Shown: positions 31,819-40,942, numbered from the stretch's first letter. The stretch: DNA of 64,000 bases from an uncultured Methylococcus sp. (GCA_964386975.1 CAYLUS010000001.1:67630-131629), one strand, 5' to 3'. Numbers and translations are program-made. The notes: generated by a model not told the origin, from the letters alone.

Positions 31819-32954
31819 CCCCTCGCCGTCTCCTCATTATTTCCAGCGGTCTCCCAACAGGAGGTGCTGAGCTCCGCTTGCTTAGCCTGCTGGAAACGCT
31901 GGACCGTGGGCAATTCGAGCCCTGTGTTCTGAGCCTTTTGGATGCGGGCGACATTGGACCTCGCATCCGGCAACTGGGCATCGCGGTCGAAACGCTGAAT
32001 CTTGGGGGCATAGCCAGTCTGCCTCGGGCTATCCTCACGCTGGTGTGCCTGCTAAGGGGCTTTCGACCCGAGCTGATTCAAGGCTGGATGTACCATGCCA
32101 ACCTCGTTGCGCTGATGGCAGGATTGATCACCCGGGGCTCCTGCCCGGTTTTCTTTGGCATTCGCAACGCGCTGGGCAACTGGGATCAGGAAAAAACCGC
32201 AACCCGCCGGGTAATCCGATTGAATGCCTATTTCTCCCGATTTGCCGCAAACGTGATCTTTCCCGGCAAGGCCTGCGCCGAACAGCACTGGGCGCTCGGT
32301 TTTTCAAAGGCCAACAGCCGCCTGATCGAAAACGGCATCGATTGCCAGCGATTTCAGCCCGACCCGGAGGACCGCTGTGCCATTCGAAGCGAATTGGGTC
32401 TTGAACCTTCGGACCTGGTGATTGGTTTTGTCGCTCGCTTTCATCCCGTCAAGGACCACGCCAGTTTTCTGTCGGCTGCAGCCCGGGTGGCCGTCACCCA
32501 CCCGAACGCCCGATGGCTGCTCTGCGGTCCCGACATTGACCACCAAAACAGCCATCTGGTTGATCTCATCGATCAAGCAGGCCTTCGCGACAGCGCCCTC
32601 CTTCTGGGAAACCGCAAAGACATGCCTCGCATCTACCGGGCCCTTGATTTACTGGCTCTGACCTCCATCAGCGAAGCCTCGCCAGGGGCCGTTGCCGAAG
32701 CCATGGCGTGCGGAATTCCCTGCCTTGCAACCGAGGTCGGCGGCTGCCCGGAAACCCTGGGTGACACGGGCTGGCTGGTACCGCCCGGAAACCCGGATGC
32801 CATCGCCGAGGGTCTCAACACCGCACTTGCTGGGGGACGGGAACAACTCGAGCGCGAAGGCGCTCGCGCTCGCGGCCGGGCCCTTGACGCGTTCGACCTC
32901 CATTCCATGACGCACCGCTATGAGGATCTGTGGCAATCACACCTCAAGGTCTGA
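31815..32954 (+). CDS. glycosyltransferase family 4 (GT-B fold)
   Basis: N-terminal LLIISSGLPTGGAE and C-terminal E-x7-E region SEASPGAVAEAMACGIPCLATEVGG. A GTG start at 31815 overlaps the GT2-B stop (GTGA). The ORF-track ATG at 31776 is an alternative. Confidence 0.8.
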   Translation: MTPRRLLIISSGLPTGGAELRLLSLLETLDRGQFEPCVLSLLDAGDIGPRIRQLGIAVETLNLGGIASLPRAILTLVCLLRGFRPELIQGWMYHANLVALMAGLITRGSCPVFFGIRNALGNWDQEKTATRRVIRLNAYFSRFAANVIFPGKACAEQHWALGFSKANSRLIENGIDCQRFQPDPEDRCAIRSELGLEPSDLVIGFVARFHPVKDHASFLSAAARVAVTHPNARWLLCGPDIDHQNSHLVDLIDQAGLRDSALLLGNRKDMPRIYRALDLLALTSISEASPGAVAEAMACGIPCLATEVGGCPETLGDTGWLVPPGNPDAIAEGLNTALAGGREQLEREGARARGRALDAFDLHSMTHRYEDLWQSHLKV

Positions 32955-33061
32955 TGCCGAAAAAAATGGGACAATGCGCTTGTGATCCTGACGTGCAGGG
33001 CCCTGCCGGTCCTTCCGACCCGTCCGATCCGTTCTAACTGACCTGGAGAGCCAACCGCCTC

Positions 33062-35065
33062 ATGTGTGGATTTACCGGATTTCTTGACCGAACCGCCCGG
33101 GAACTGCCCGAGGCATTGGAGGAAACCGTCAGACGGATGAACCAAACCCTCTTGCATCGGGGACCTGATGATCAGGGAATCTGGACGGATGCATCGCAGG
33201 GGATTGCCTTGGCACACCGCCGCCTCTCGATCCTGGATCTCAGCCCGGAGGGTCACCAGCCCATGATGTCGCGGAGCTCCCGCTATGTCATTGCATTCAA
33301 TGGGGAGATCTATAACCACCTTGAATTGCGAGCCACGCTGGACACCGAGGGAACATCACCCCTCGTGCACCCCCTGGCCGACGAGGCGGCCAGAGCACCG
33401 GTGCACGGCGCCTGGCGGGGCCGCTCCGATACCGAGACGCTGCTGGCAGCGATTGATGCCTGGGGTATTGGCGAAACCCTCAAGCGGAGCGTGGGCATGT
33501 TTGCCTTCGCCCTCTGGGATCGGCATGATCACCTCCTTTATCTGGCCCGCGACCGTCTGGGCGAGAAACCCCTCTATTATGGCTGGCAGGGCGATTGCCT
33601 GCTGTTCGGCTCCGAACTCAAGGCTCTAAGACAACATCCGGCGTTTCAGGGGCAACTGGATCGGGGCGCGATGACCCTGCAGATGCGCCACGGATATGTG
33701 CCAACCCCGTACTCAATCTACCAGGGGATCCACAAACTTCCGCCCGGCACGTTCGTGGCACTTGGAGGCCATCGTCCGCAGGCTCAGCCGGTCACCTACT
33801 GGTCGGCATTGGATACGGCCTTGAAGGGGCAGATGCAACCCTTCCAGGGTTCCGATCAGGAGGCCGTCGACGCCCTTGATTCGATGCTTCGAAGGGCTGT
33901 TTCAGGACAGATGGTGGCCGATGTCCCGCTGGGGGCCTTTCTCTCGGGCGGCATTGATTCCAGCACGATTGTCGCCCTGATGCAGGCCCAGTCTGCGCAA
34001 CCGGTCAAAACCTTCACCATCGGCTTTAACGAAGCGCAGTACAACGAGGCAACCCATGCCAAGGCGGTTGCCGCGCATTTGGGCACCGACCACACTGAAC
34101 TGTATGTGACGCCTGAAGAGGCCATGGCGGTCATTCCGGATCTCCCTGCACTCTATGACGAACCGTTTGCCGATTCTTCTCAGATTCCCACGTTCCTGGT
34201 GGCAAAGTTGGCTCGGCAGAACGTCACTGTCAGCCTCTCGGGAGACGGCGGGGATGAACTTTTTGGCGGCTACAACCGGTATTTTTGGACCACTCAGTTC
34301 TGGCGCAAGATGCGACGGGTGCCCAAGGGGCTTCGCTCCAGCATCGCTGGCCTTCTGACGGTGATCCCCCCTCACCTTTGGGATGGTCTGTTCAGAACAT
34401 TCGGCTTTGCCCTGCCAGCCGCCCTTCGCTATGCCTCTCCCGGTGACAAGCTCCATAAGCTCTCGAGCTTTCTCGGCGCCAGCAATCCTGAAGCCATCTA
34501 CCTTGATCTTGTCTCTCTCTGGAAAGACCCGCGCCGCTTGAGCCTTGGAACCCCGGAGCCCGCCACGCTCCTTAATGATCCCCATCAATGGCCGGAACTT
34601 CGGGAATTCGAGCACCGCATGATGTATCTCGATACCGTCAGCTACCTGCCTGATGACATCCTCACCAAAGTCGACCGTGCGGCGATGGGCGTTAGCCTTG
34701 AAACCCGAGTACCGCTGCTGGATCACCGCGTGGTTGAACTTGCCTGGCAACTGCCACTGGCGATGAAAATCCGTAATGGGCAGGGTAAGTGGGCCTTAAG
34801 ACAAGTCCTGAACCGCTATGTCCCCGAAGCCCTGACCGAGCGTCCAAAAATGGGATTTGGTGTGCCGCTGGACCAGTGGCTCAGGGGCCCTTTGAAACCG
34901 TGGGCTGAGGCGCTGATCGACAAGCAGCGCCTCAAGTCCGAGGGCTTTCTCAATCCCAATCTGGTCAGGGATCGCTGGAATCAGCACCAGTCAGGGCGTC
35001 ATAACTGGTCCTCTCTTCTGTGGAACGTTCTCATGTTCGAGGCATGGCTCGACAGGTCGCGCTGA
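33062..35065 (+). CDS. asparagine synthase (glutamine-hydrolysing) homolog, WbpS-like glycan amidotransferase candidate
   Basis: 667 aa. N-terminal nucleophile MCGF, Ntn glutaminase domain, and PP-loop FLSGGIDSSTIVALM. Its location inside a glycan locus suggests sugar amidation rather than Asn synthesis. Confidence 0.85.
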   Translation: MCGFTGFLDRTARELPEALEETVRRMNQTLLHRGPDDQGIWTDASQGIALAHRRLSILDLSPEGHQPMMSRSSRYVIAFNGEIYNHLELRATLDTEGTSPLVHPLADEAARAPVHGAWRGRSDTETLLAAIDAWGIGETLKRSVGMFAFALWDRHDHLLYLARDRLGEKPLYYGWQGDCLLFGSELKALRQHPAFQGQLDRGAMTLQMRHGYVPTPYSIYQGIHKLPPGTFVALGGHRPQAQPVTYWSALDTALKGQMQPFQGSDQEAVDALDSMLRRAVSGQMVADVPLGAFLSGGIDSSTIVALMQAQSAQPVKTFTIGFNEAQYNEATHAKAVAAHLGTDHTELYVTPEEAMAVIPDLPALYDEPFADSSQIPTFLVAKLARQNVTVSLSGDGGDELFGGYNRYFWTTQFWRKMRRVPKGLRSSIAGLLTVIPPHLWDGLFRTFGFALPAALRYASPGDKLHKLSSFLGASNPEAIYLDLVSLWKDPRRLSLGTPEPATLLNDPHQWPELREFEHRMMYLDTVSYLPDDILTKVDRAAMGVSLETRVPLLDHRVVELAWQLPLAMKIRNGQGKWALRQVLNRYVPEALTERPKMGFGVPLDQWLRGPLKPWAEALIDKQRLKSEGFLNPNLVRDRWNQHQSGRHNWSSLLWNVLMFEAWLDRSR

Positions 35066-35080
35066 TCCTGAGATTACGCC

Positions 35081-36253
35081 ATGGCGATGACTTCCCCTCC
35101 TCCAAAGCTCCTTTTTTTCGTGACGGAAGACTGGTACTTTTGCTCGCATCGACTGCCGCTGGCAGAGGCCGCAAAGGCCAGAGGCTTCGAAGTCGCTCTG
35201 GTCACGCGCGTTCAGGCGCATGGCGATGCCATTGAAGCCGCCGGCATCCGCCTGATTCCAATCCCGCTTTCACGCGGCGGACGCAACCCGATGACCGAGT
35301 GGCTTACGGTCTGGCGCCTGATGCGCATCCTCCGGCACGAGACACCCGACCTCCTTCACAACGTAGCCCTGAAGCCCGTGCTCTATGGCAGCCTTGCCGC
35401 TCGACTCAGCCGGACCCGTGGCGTCATCAATGCATTGGCTGGGCTTGGTCATATCTTTGCCCTCGAAACCCGGGCCGGACTTCTAAGGCGGCTGGTTACC
35501 CTGGCATTTCGATGGCTTCTTAAAGGGCACGGTGCCGTCATCGTCCAGAATCCCGATGACCGCCAACTGCTGCTTGCATCGGGGGCCGTTCGGGCGGAGG
35601 ACGTCACCCTCATTCGGGGTTCCGGTGTTGATCTGACGCGTTTCCAACCCTCCCCGGAGACCGAAGGGCCGGCGCTGGTCCTGTTTGCCGCTCGTCTTCT
35701 CTGGGACAAGGGCATTGGTGAATTTGTAGCAGCGGCAGGTCCTTTGAAGGCGCAATTTCCCGGAACCCGCTTTGTCATCGTCGGTGAGCCTGACCCCGAA
35801 AATCACTCATCGCTGGCCCTCTCCCAACTCGAACAATGGCAACGCGAGGGGACAATCGAATACTGGGGAAAACGCCATGACATGGATGCGGTTTTTCGGG
35901 AATGCCATCTTGTCTGTCTGCCGTCCTATTACGGTGAGGGCGTACCCAAGGTGCTGCTCGAAGCCTGTGCCGCGGGCCGACCTATCGTGACCACCGACAT
36001 GCCCGGCTGCCGGGAGGTCGTTACCAGCGGGGACAATGGCCTACTGGTTCCCCCAAGAGATGTATCGCGCCTGATTGATGCCCTGAGCGAGCTGCTCAGC
36101 AACCCGGCGCTTCGGCACCAGATGGGTGCCCGGGGTCGTGCACGAGCAGTGGCCGAATTTGGAGTCGAGCGTGTCATCGATCAAACCCTGAGCCTTTACC
36201 AGAGCCTTCTGGAGCAACGCCGCCCCAAGGCGCCTGAGCATCAAACGTCATGA
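35081..36253 (+). CDS. glycosyltransferase family 4 (GT-B fold)
   Basis: KLLFFVTEDWYFCSHRLPLA N-terminus and GEGVPKVLLEACAAGRPIVTTDMPG (E-x7-E). Confidence 0.8.
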   Translation: MAMTSPPPKLLFFVTEDWYFCSHRLPLAEAAKARGFEVALVTRVQAHGDAIEAAGIRLIPIPLSRGGRNPMTEWLTVWRLMRILRHETPDLLHNVALKPVLYGSLAARLSRTRGVINALAGLGHIFALETRAGLLRRLVTLAFRWLLKGHGAVIVQNPDDRQLLLASGAVRAEDVTLIRGSGVDLTRFQPSPETEGPALVLFAARLLWDKGIGEFVAAAGPLKAQFPGTRFVIVGEPDPENHSSLALSQLEQWQREGTIEYWGKRHDMDAVFRECHLVCLPSYYGEGVPKVLLEACAAGRPIVTTDMPGCREVVTSGDNGLLVPPRDVSRLIDALSELLSNPALRHQMGARGRARAVAEFGVERVIDQTLSLYQSLLEQRRPKAPEHQTS

Positions 36254-36882
36254 TTCAACCAATGAACGCGTCCGACGAATTCGAATGTCTTGCCGAACAA
36301 CTGGTTCTCGCCGGTCGCCTGATCGACCAAAAGGGCTGGGTACCTGCGACCAGCGGCAACTTTTCAGCCCGACTGGCGGATGGTCGGGTTGCCATTACCG
36401 TCTCAGGACGACATAAGGGCCGTTTAACCCCGGACGACATCATGCTGGTGGATGCAGATGGACAATCGCTTGACGGCAGAACCTCCTCCGCCGAGACACG
36501 CCTGCACACGCGACTTTACCAACGCTACCCGGACATTCGCGCCGTCCTTCACCCGCATTCTCCGGGATCGACCTTGATCTCAAGACGCTTCAAGGGCAGC
36601 CTCGCGCTCTCGGGCTATGAACTGTTAAAGGCCCTTCCGGGAATCACGACCCATATGTCCCAGGTGACAGTCCCGATCTTCCCGAACGATCAGGATATCG
36701 GGCGACTGGCAGAGGGGGTGGATGTCTGGCTTGAAGCGCATCCCAAGACCCCGGGGTACATCATTGAGAGCCACGGGTTTTACACCTGGGGTGATTCTGT
36801 AGAGTCGGCGCTTCGCCATGTCGAAGCGCTGGAGTTTCTGTTCGACATCGAATTCCGTTTAAATGGGAATCCAACGCCATGA
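36250..36882 (+). CDS. mtnB: methylthioribulose-1-phosphate dehydratase (class II aldolase fold)
   Basis: WVPATSGNFSARL and LHPHS motifs. The ATG overlaps the upstream GT4 stop (ATGA). Followed by mtnD and mtnC. Confidence 0.85.
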   Translation: MIQPMNASDEFECLAEQLVLAGRLIDQKGWVPATSGNFSARLADGRVAITVSGRHKGRLTPDDIMLVDADGQSLDGRTSSAETRLHTRLYQRYPDIRAVLHPHSPGSTLISRRFKGSLALSGYELLKALPGITTHMSQVTVPIFPNDQDIGRLAEGVDVWLEAHPKTPGYIIESHGFYTWGDSVESALRHVEALEFLFDIEFRLNGNPTP

Positions 36883-37439
36883 GTATTTTGACCATTCATG
36901 AGGCTGCAAGGCCTGCGCAGTTCGAACGCATTGACGACCCCGCCGTGATCGCCGCTCGCCTTGGCGAGATCGATGTCCTTTTCGAACGCTGGAACACCAA
37001 ACTCGAGATTGGCGCCTCGCACACTCAGGCGGAGATCATCGAGGCTTACCGCTCCTCCGTGGACCGGCTGATGGACCGCTATGAATTTCAGTCCGTTGAC
37101 GTCGTCAGTCTCACCCCTGAGCACCCCGACCGGGACGCGCTTCGCGCGAAATTTCTGAGCGAGCATACGCACGCCGAATTCGAAGTCCGTTTCTTCATCA
37201 GGGGTCAAGGCCTTTTCTTCCTGCATGAGAAGGATCGGGTTTTTGTGGTCCTGTGCGAACAGGGCGACCTGATCAGCGTGCCTTCGGGCATGCGGCATTG
37301 GTTCGACATGGGACCCCATCCAGACTTTCAATGCATCCGCTTCTTCACCAACCCCGAAGGCTGGGTTGCCCAATACTCGGGCGATGCCATTGCCGATCGG
37401 TTCCCCCCCTTCGAGCAGTATCTTCGAGCAGTCTCATGA
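36879..37439 (+). CDS. mtnD: acireductone dioxygenase (ARD)
   Basis: Cupin motif EHTHAEFEVRFFIRGQGLFFLH...GDLISVPSGMRHWF. Confidence 0.88.
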   Translation: MSILTIHEAARPAQFERIDDPAVIAARLGEIDVLFERWNTKLEIGASHTQAEIIEAYRSSVDRLMDRYEFQSVDVVSLTPEHPDRDALRAKFLSEHTHAEFEVRFFIRGQGLFFLHEKDRVFVVLCEQGDLISVPSGMRHWFDMGPHPDFQCIRFFTNPEGWVAQYSGDAIADRFPPFEQYLRAVS

Positions 37440-38110
37440 TTCGCTGTGTACTGACTGACATTGAAGGCACCACCTCCTCCCTTGCCTTCGTTAAGGAGAC
37501 CTTGTTCCCTTACGCCAGAAGCAAGCTGGCCGATTTTGTCAGAACCCATCGCGAAGAGCCGCAGGTGGCCGCCATGGTGAATGCCGTTGCAACGGAGGTC
37601 GGACGGCCTCTGAGCCTTGAAAAGACCATCGAGCAACTGATTGCATGGATCGATCAGGACCTCAAGATTACGCCACTGAAAAATCTGCAGGGCCTGATCT
37701 GGGCATCGGGCTATGAAAACGGCGACTTCAAGGGGCATGTTTATGAAGATGCCAGCCGCCAACTCAGACACTGGCATCAGCGGGGCCTGAAACTCGCGAT
37801 CTTCTCCTCAGGCTCTGTCAACGCCCAGAAACTGCTGTTTGCACACAGCGATGCTGGCGACCTGACGCCCCTGTTCACGGCTTATTTCGATACCACCACC
37901 GGCGCAAAGCAGAGCCCTGAGGCCTACGAACGGATCGCGCAGGTCCTCGGAAACCCACCCGGGGAGATCCTTTTTCTCTCTGACATCGAAGCTGAGCTCG
38001 ATGCGGCAAGGGCTTCCGGCTTCAAGACCTGCCATCTGATTCGAGATCGTGCCAGCGAGGCGTCAGGACGACATCCTGTGGCACATCACTTCGATGAGAT
38101 CGTCATTTAG
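37436..38110 (+). CDS. mtnC: enolase-phosphatase E1 (acireductone synthase, HAD family)
   Basis: LTDIEGTTS HAD motif I, IFSSGSV, and FLSDIEAELDAA. Start at MIRCVL (37436) overlaps the mtnD stop (ATGA). Confidence 0.88.
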   Translation: MIRCVLTDIEGTTSSLAFVKETLFPYARSKLADFVRTHREEPQVAAMVNAVATEVGRPLSLEKTIEQLIAWIDQDLKITPLKNLQGLIWASGYENGDFKGHVYEDASRQLRHWHQRGLKLAIFSSGSVNAQKLLFAHSDAGDLTPLFTAYFDTTTGAKQSPEAYERIAQVLGNPPGEILFLSDIEAELDAARASGFKTCHLIRDRASEASGRHPVAHHFDEIVI

Positions 38111-38418
38111 CATCGAGCAAAAGACCATTTCTCCAGACGAAACAGGCTTCTGATCCGGACCGGCCCCATGTGGTCGGGGTGACCTGTATTAAACAAGCGT
38201 TTTACTGGCATGGTATGTGCTAAATCAAATAGGGGCGCGAACGCTTGATCCGGTCAGCGTGGGTCAGTACAGTGAGGACCTTGCCTTGGGACACCGCTCC
38301 CGCCCTTGCATCCAGAAATTCCCCACACACTCCTTCGTTTGTCTTCCACGGAAGCCGGGTGGCGGAGAATTCCTTGATGCTCATGCGCTAACACGATGTC
38401 AGAGAATACGAGACCGTT

Positions 38419-39015
38419 TTGCCTATGAGCCAAAAGACACAGAATTGTGGGCGCACCCGCGTCACTTCACCGGCCACGCTTTCTCGCCGGTCATTCCTGA
38501 CCCGCTCCGCCACGGCCGCCGCAGGCTCGCTGCTCCTGCCCTCAGCCAAGTCGGTCGCCAGCATCCTCTCCAGCGAAAGAACGCTTCACTTTCACAACGT
38601 CAACACGGACGAGGAACTGACGCTCAGGTGCTGTCCTGAAAAGGAATATGACCGCGACACCCGGATCCGCTTCAGCAGCCTCCTTCGCGACCACCATGCC
38701 GATGAAGTCCGGGAGATGGACCCGGGGCTGATTGATATCTTTTTTGCGCTCACTGCGTTTACAGGCGCCAGAGGCAGCTTCAAGATCCTGTCAGGCTATC
38801 GCTCACCGGAGACCAACAGCTGGCTTAAAAGCTTTCACCGTGGCGTCGCTGAACACAGCATGCACATTGAAGGGCGTGCCGTGGATATCCGCATGGACGA
38901 TGTCAGCGTTCGGGAAATTCGAGCAGCCGGACTGGCCTTGGCCATGGGCGGCGTCGGCTACTACCCGCGCTCGAACTTCGTCCACCTGGACACCGGCAAT
39001 ATTCGGACCTGGTAA
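38419..39015 (+). CDS. Tat-exported DUF882 / peptidase M15-like protein (YcbK/MepK-like murein endopeptidase)
   Basis: Twin-arginine signal LSRRSFLTRSATAAAGS. Metal-binding motifs SGYRSPETN, HIEGRAVD and FVHLD. Adjacent to a YcbB/LdtD-type L,D-transpeptidase, as in E. coli. Confidence 0.8.
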   Translation: MPMSQKTQNCGRTRVTSPATLSRRSFLTRSATAAAGSLLLPSAKSVASILSSERTLHFHNVNTDEELTLRCCPEKEYDRDTRIRFSSLLRDHHADEVREMDPGLIDIFFALTAFTGARGSFKILSGYRSPETNSWLKSFHRGVAEHSMHIEGRAVDIRMDDVSVREIRAAGLALAMGGVGYYPRSNFVHLDTGNIRTW

Positions 39016-39025
39016 GGCCTGCACG

Positions 39026-39244
39026 ATGAACATTGACGACGACGGCAACATGGAACTCTCCGCCGAGGAGAACCAGCGCCTCATGGACCAGCTTGAAATT
39101 GCCCCCGAGGATTATGAGGATCCACCGGTGGAAATCGAGTGCACGAGCATGGAAGATCATGCCGCCACATTCAAGGCCGTCAACACTCGAACTGGAAAAT
39201 CGATCGTTCTGGTGTTCGATCTCCTCGAGAATCCTTCTCGCTAA
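39026..39244 (+). CDS. hypothetical small acidic protein (72 aa)
   Basis: ATG 10 nt after the MepK-like stop, with a weak AAGG Shine-Dalgarno. The product is very acidic (MNIDDDGNMELSAEENQRLMDQLEIAPEDYEDPP...). I recognise no family. Coding status is uncertain. Confidence 0.35.
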   Translation: MNIDDDGNMELSAEENQRLMDQLEIAPEDYEDPPVEIECTSMEDHAATFKAVNTRTGKSIVLVFDLLENPSR

Positions 39245-39253
39245 CCCGCCCCC

Positions 39254-40942
39254 TCAGGACCCATAGGGAAACCCCCGAGCCAGCAATACCTGGAGGGTCC
39301 GGTCATGCCCGTAGATGTCCTCGTAAAAGCTGATTCGGCCTTGCGGGTCCGCCATGACCGTTGAATAGAGAATGTAGACCGGAATCGCCCGCTTGAGGTT
39401 GATGGTCTTCGTCACCTCGCCATTTGCAAAGGTTTCGATCCGCTCCCGACCCCAGTCGCCGTTCTCCTCCAGCACCCACTGCGCGAGCGCCAAGGGGTCC
39501 TGGACGCGAATGCAGCCATGACTGAAATCCCGCCGGTCCCGATTGAAGAGGCCCTTGCTCGGCGTACTGTGCAGATAGACGTTATTGGTATTGGGAAAGG
39601 AAAACTTGTAGAGCCCCAGCGCGTTCTCCGGACCCGGCTTTTGCCGCACCTTGACGGCGCCCGCAGCCAGCCGCTCGATCGTGTCATGGCTCGGCTCCAA
39701 AGCCTGGGCGCTCTGGGCAAAATTCGCGACAATCTCCATGTTGTTTTTGGTGAGGTAGCTCGCCTGCTTTAACAACGCGGGCACGATCTCCTTGGTTGCA
39801 ATGGCCTCAGGAACATTCCAGTAGGGCCTGAAGGTCACCGTGGTCATCTCCGAATGAAAGACCGGCGTGTTTCTGCCATCAATGGCCTCGCCGACCACCA
39901 CATTCATCTGCAACTCATGCTGCCCGATCCCCTCACCAGCGCGGGCGCCGTAGAGCTTGAAGGCCGGTATGTTGACGATGAGATACAGCCCCTTCACGTT
40001 TGCGGGTAGCCATCTCAATCGCTCCAGCCCCAACTGAATCTGCTTCAGCCGGTCGGGAACGGGGACCACCAAGCGGGAAAGCGTACCCTTGCCGATCACC
40101 CCATCATCACCGATTCCGTGGCGAATCTGGAAAGCCTTGACTGCGGCGACCAAGGCCGGATCGTAGACTTGGGACGCATCGCTACCGGGCCCCAAGGATG
40201 CCGGAAAGTCTCCCAGCGCCGTCAGCAACTTTCTGAGTGCGGGCACATCCGGATGCGACATGCCGGGCGTGAACTTGGCCGGAAAGGCAAAGCGGGCCTT
40301 CGGGATCTCTACCGCCAATCGGCGATAGCGCACCAGCGCCTCCTTGAGCGGCCTGTAGATTGGAAAATCCGGCTCAAGACTCGCCAGAAGACCCTTCGGG
40401 TTGGCTGCCTGCGGCAATTCTCGGAGGGCCTTGAGGACCAAAGGCCGCCTCGGCTCCACATCGAGCGCAAAACCGACACTTTTTGGATTGATGCGCCCGA
40501 GGGCAACGTTACCGGCATAGCGACTGACGGCCACACTCATGGCGACATCAAAAGCCGCCGATTCGTGAGGCGCTGACCGCAGCGCGGGTGACTTGATCCA
40601 CTCTGAAAGCAGGCCCACATCGTAGTCAGCGGCATTCAGACCGACATCATCCGCGAGGGAGAGCACCTCCAGAATGGCTTTCGCCTGCGCAGTCGGAACC
40701 CCGTCCCGGGTCCACAGTGGCACATCGGCGGGCATATAGAGTGCCGACAGGCTCTTGGATACATCCGCAAAGTTGCCCCAGCGTAGCCTTGCGTGCTTAC
40801 CGGATTTCAGGATCTGCTGGATCTCACTGCCGACAGACTCAGCTGACGCGAGGGCTCGGAGTGGGAACACCAACAAAAGTGCGGCCAGCAGCCCCAGAAA
40901 AAGAGTCGGTCGAGGCAAGGCTCCTGAATCAAGGCGGGTCAT
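39254..40942 (-). CDS. L,D-transpeptidase, YcbB/LdtD-like (PG-binding domain + YkuD domain)
   Basis: Signal peptide (MTRLDSGALPRPTLFLGLLAALLLVFPLRALA), PG_binding_1 motif (AVKAFQIRHGIGDDGVIG), and YkuD catalytic motif LHSTPS...FSHGCIRV. Start placed at 40942. The ORF-track start at 41236 would run through the divergent promoter into the suf regulator gene. Confidence 0.85.
   Translation of the reverse strand: MTRLDSGALPRPTLFLGLLAALLLVFPLRALASAESVGSEIQQILKSGKHARLRWGNFADVSKSLSALYMPADVPLWTRDGVPTAQAKAILEVLSLADDVGLNAADYDVGLLSEWIKSPALRSAPHESAAFDVAMSVAVSRYAGNVALGRINPKSVGFALDVEPRRPLVLKALRELPQAANPKGLLASLEPDFPIYRPLKEALVRYRRLAVEIPKARFAFPAKFTPGMSHPDVPALRKLLTALGDFPASLGPGSDASQVYDPALVAAVKAFQIRHGIGDDGVIGKGTLSRLVVPVPDRLKQIQLGLERLRWLPANVKGLYLIVNIPAFKLYGARAGEGIGQHELQMNVVVGEAIDGRNTPVFHSEMTTVTFRPYWNVPEAIATKEIVPALLKQASYLTKNNMEIVANFAQSAQALEPSHDTIERLAAGAVKVRQKPGPENALGLYKFSFPNTNNVYLHSTPSKGLFNRDRRDFSHGCIRVQDPLALAQWVLEENGDWGRERIETFANGEVTKTINLKRAIPVYILYSTVMADPQGRISFYEDIYGHDRTLQVLLARGFPYGS

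Noticed and set aside
32995-33006. Perfect palindrome GCAGGGCCCTGC in the 107-nt gap before the asnB homolog, considered as a terminator splitting the glycan operon.
   Set aside because: The palindrome has no loop, so a usable RNA stem would be only about 4 bp, and no U-tract follows. It cannot be called a terminator from sequence.
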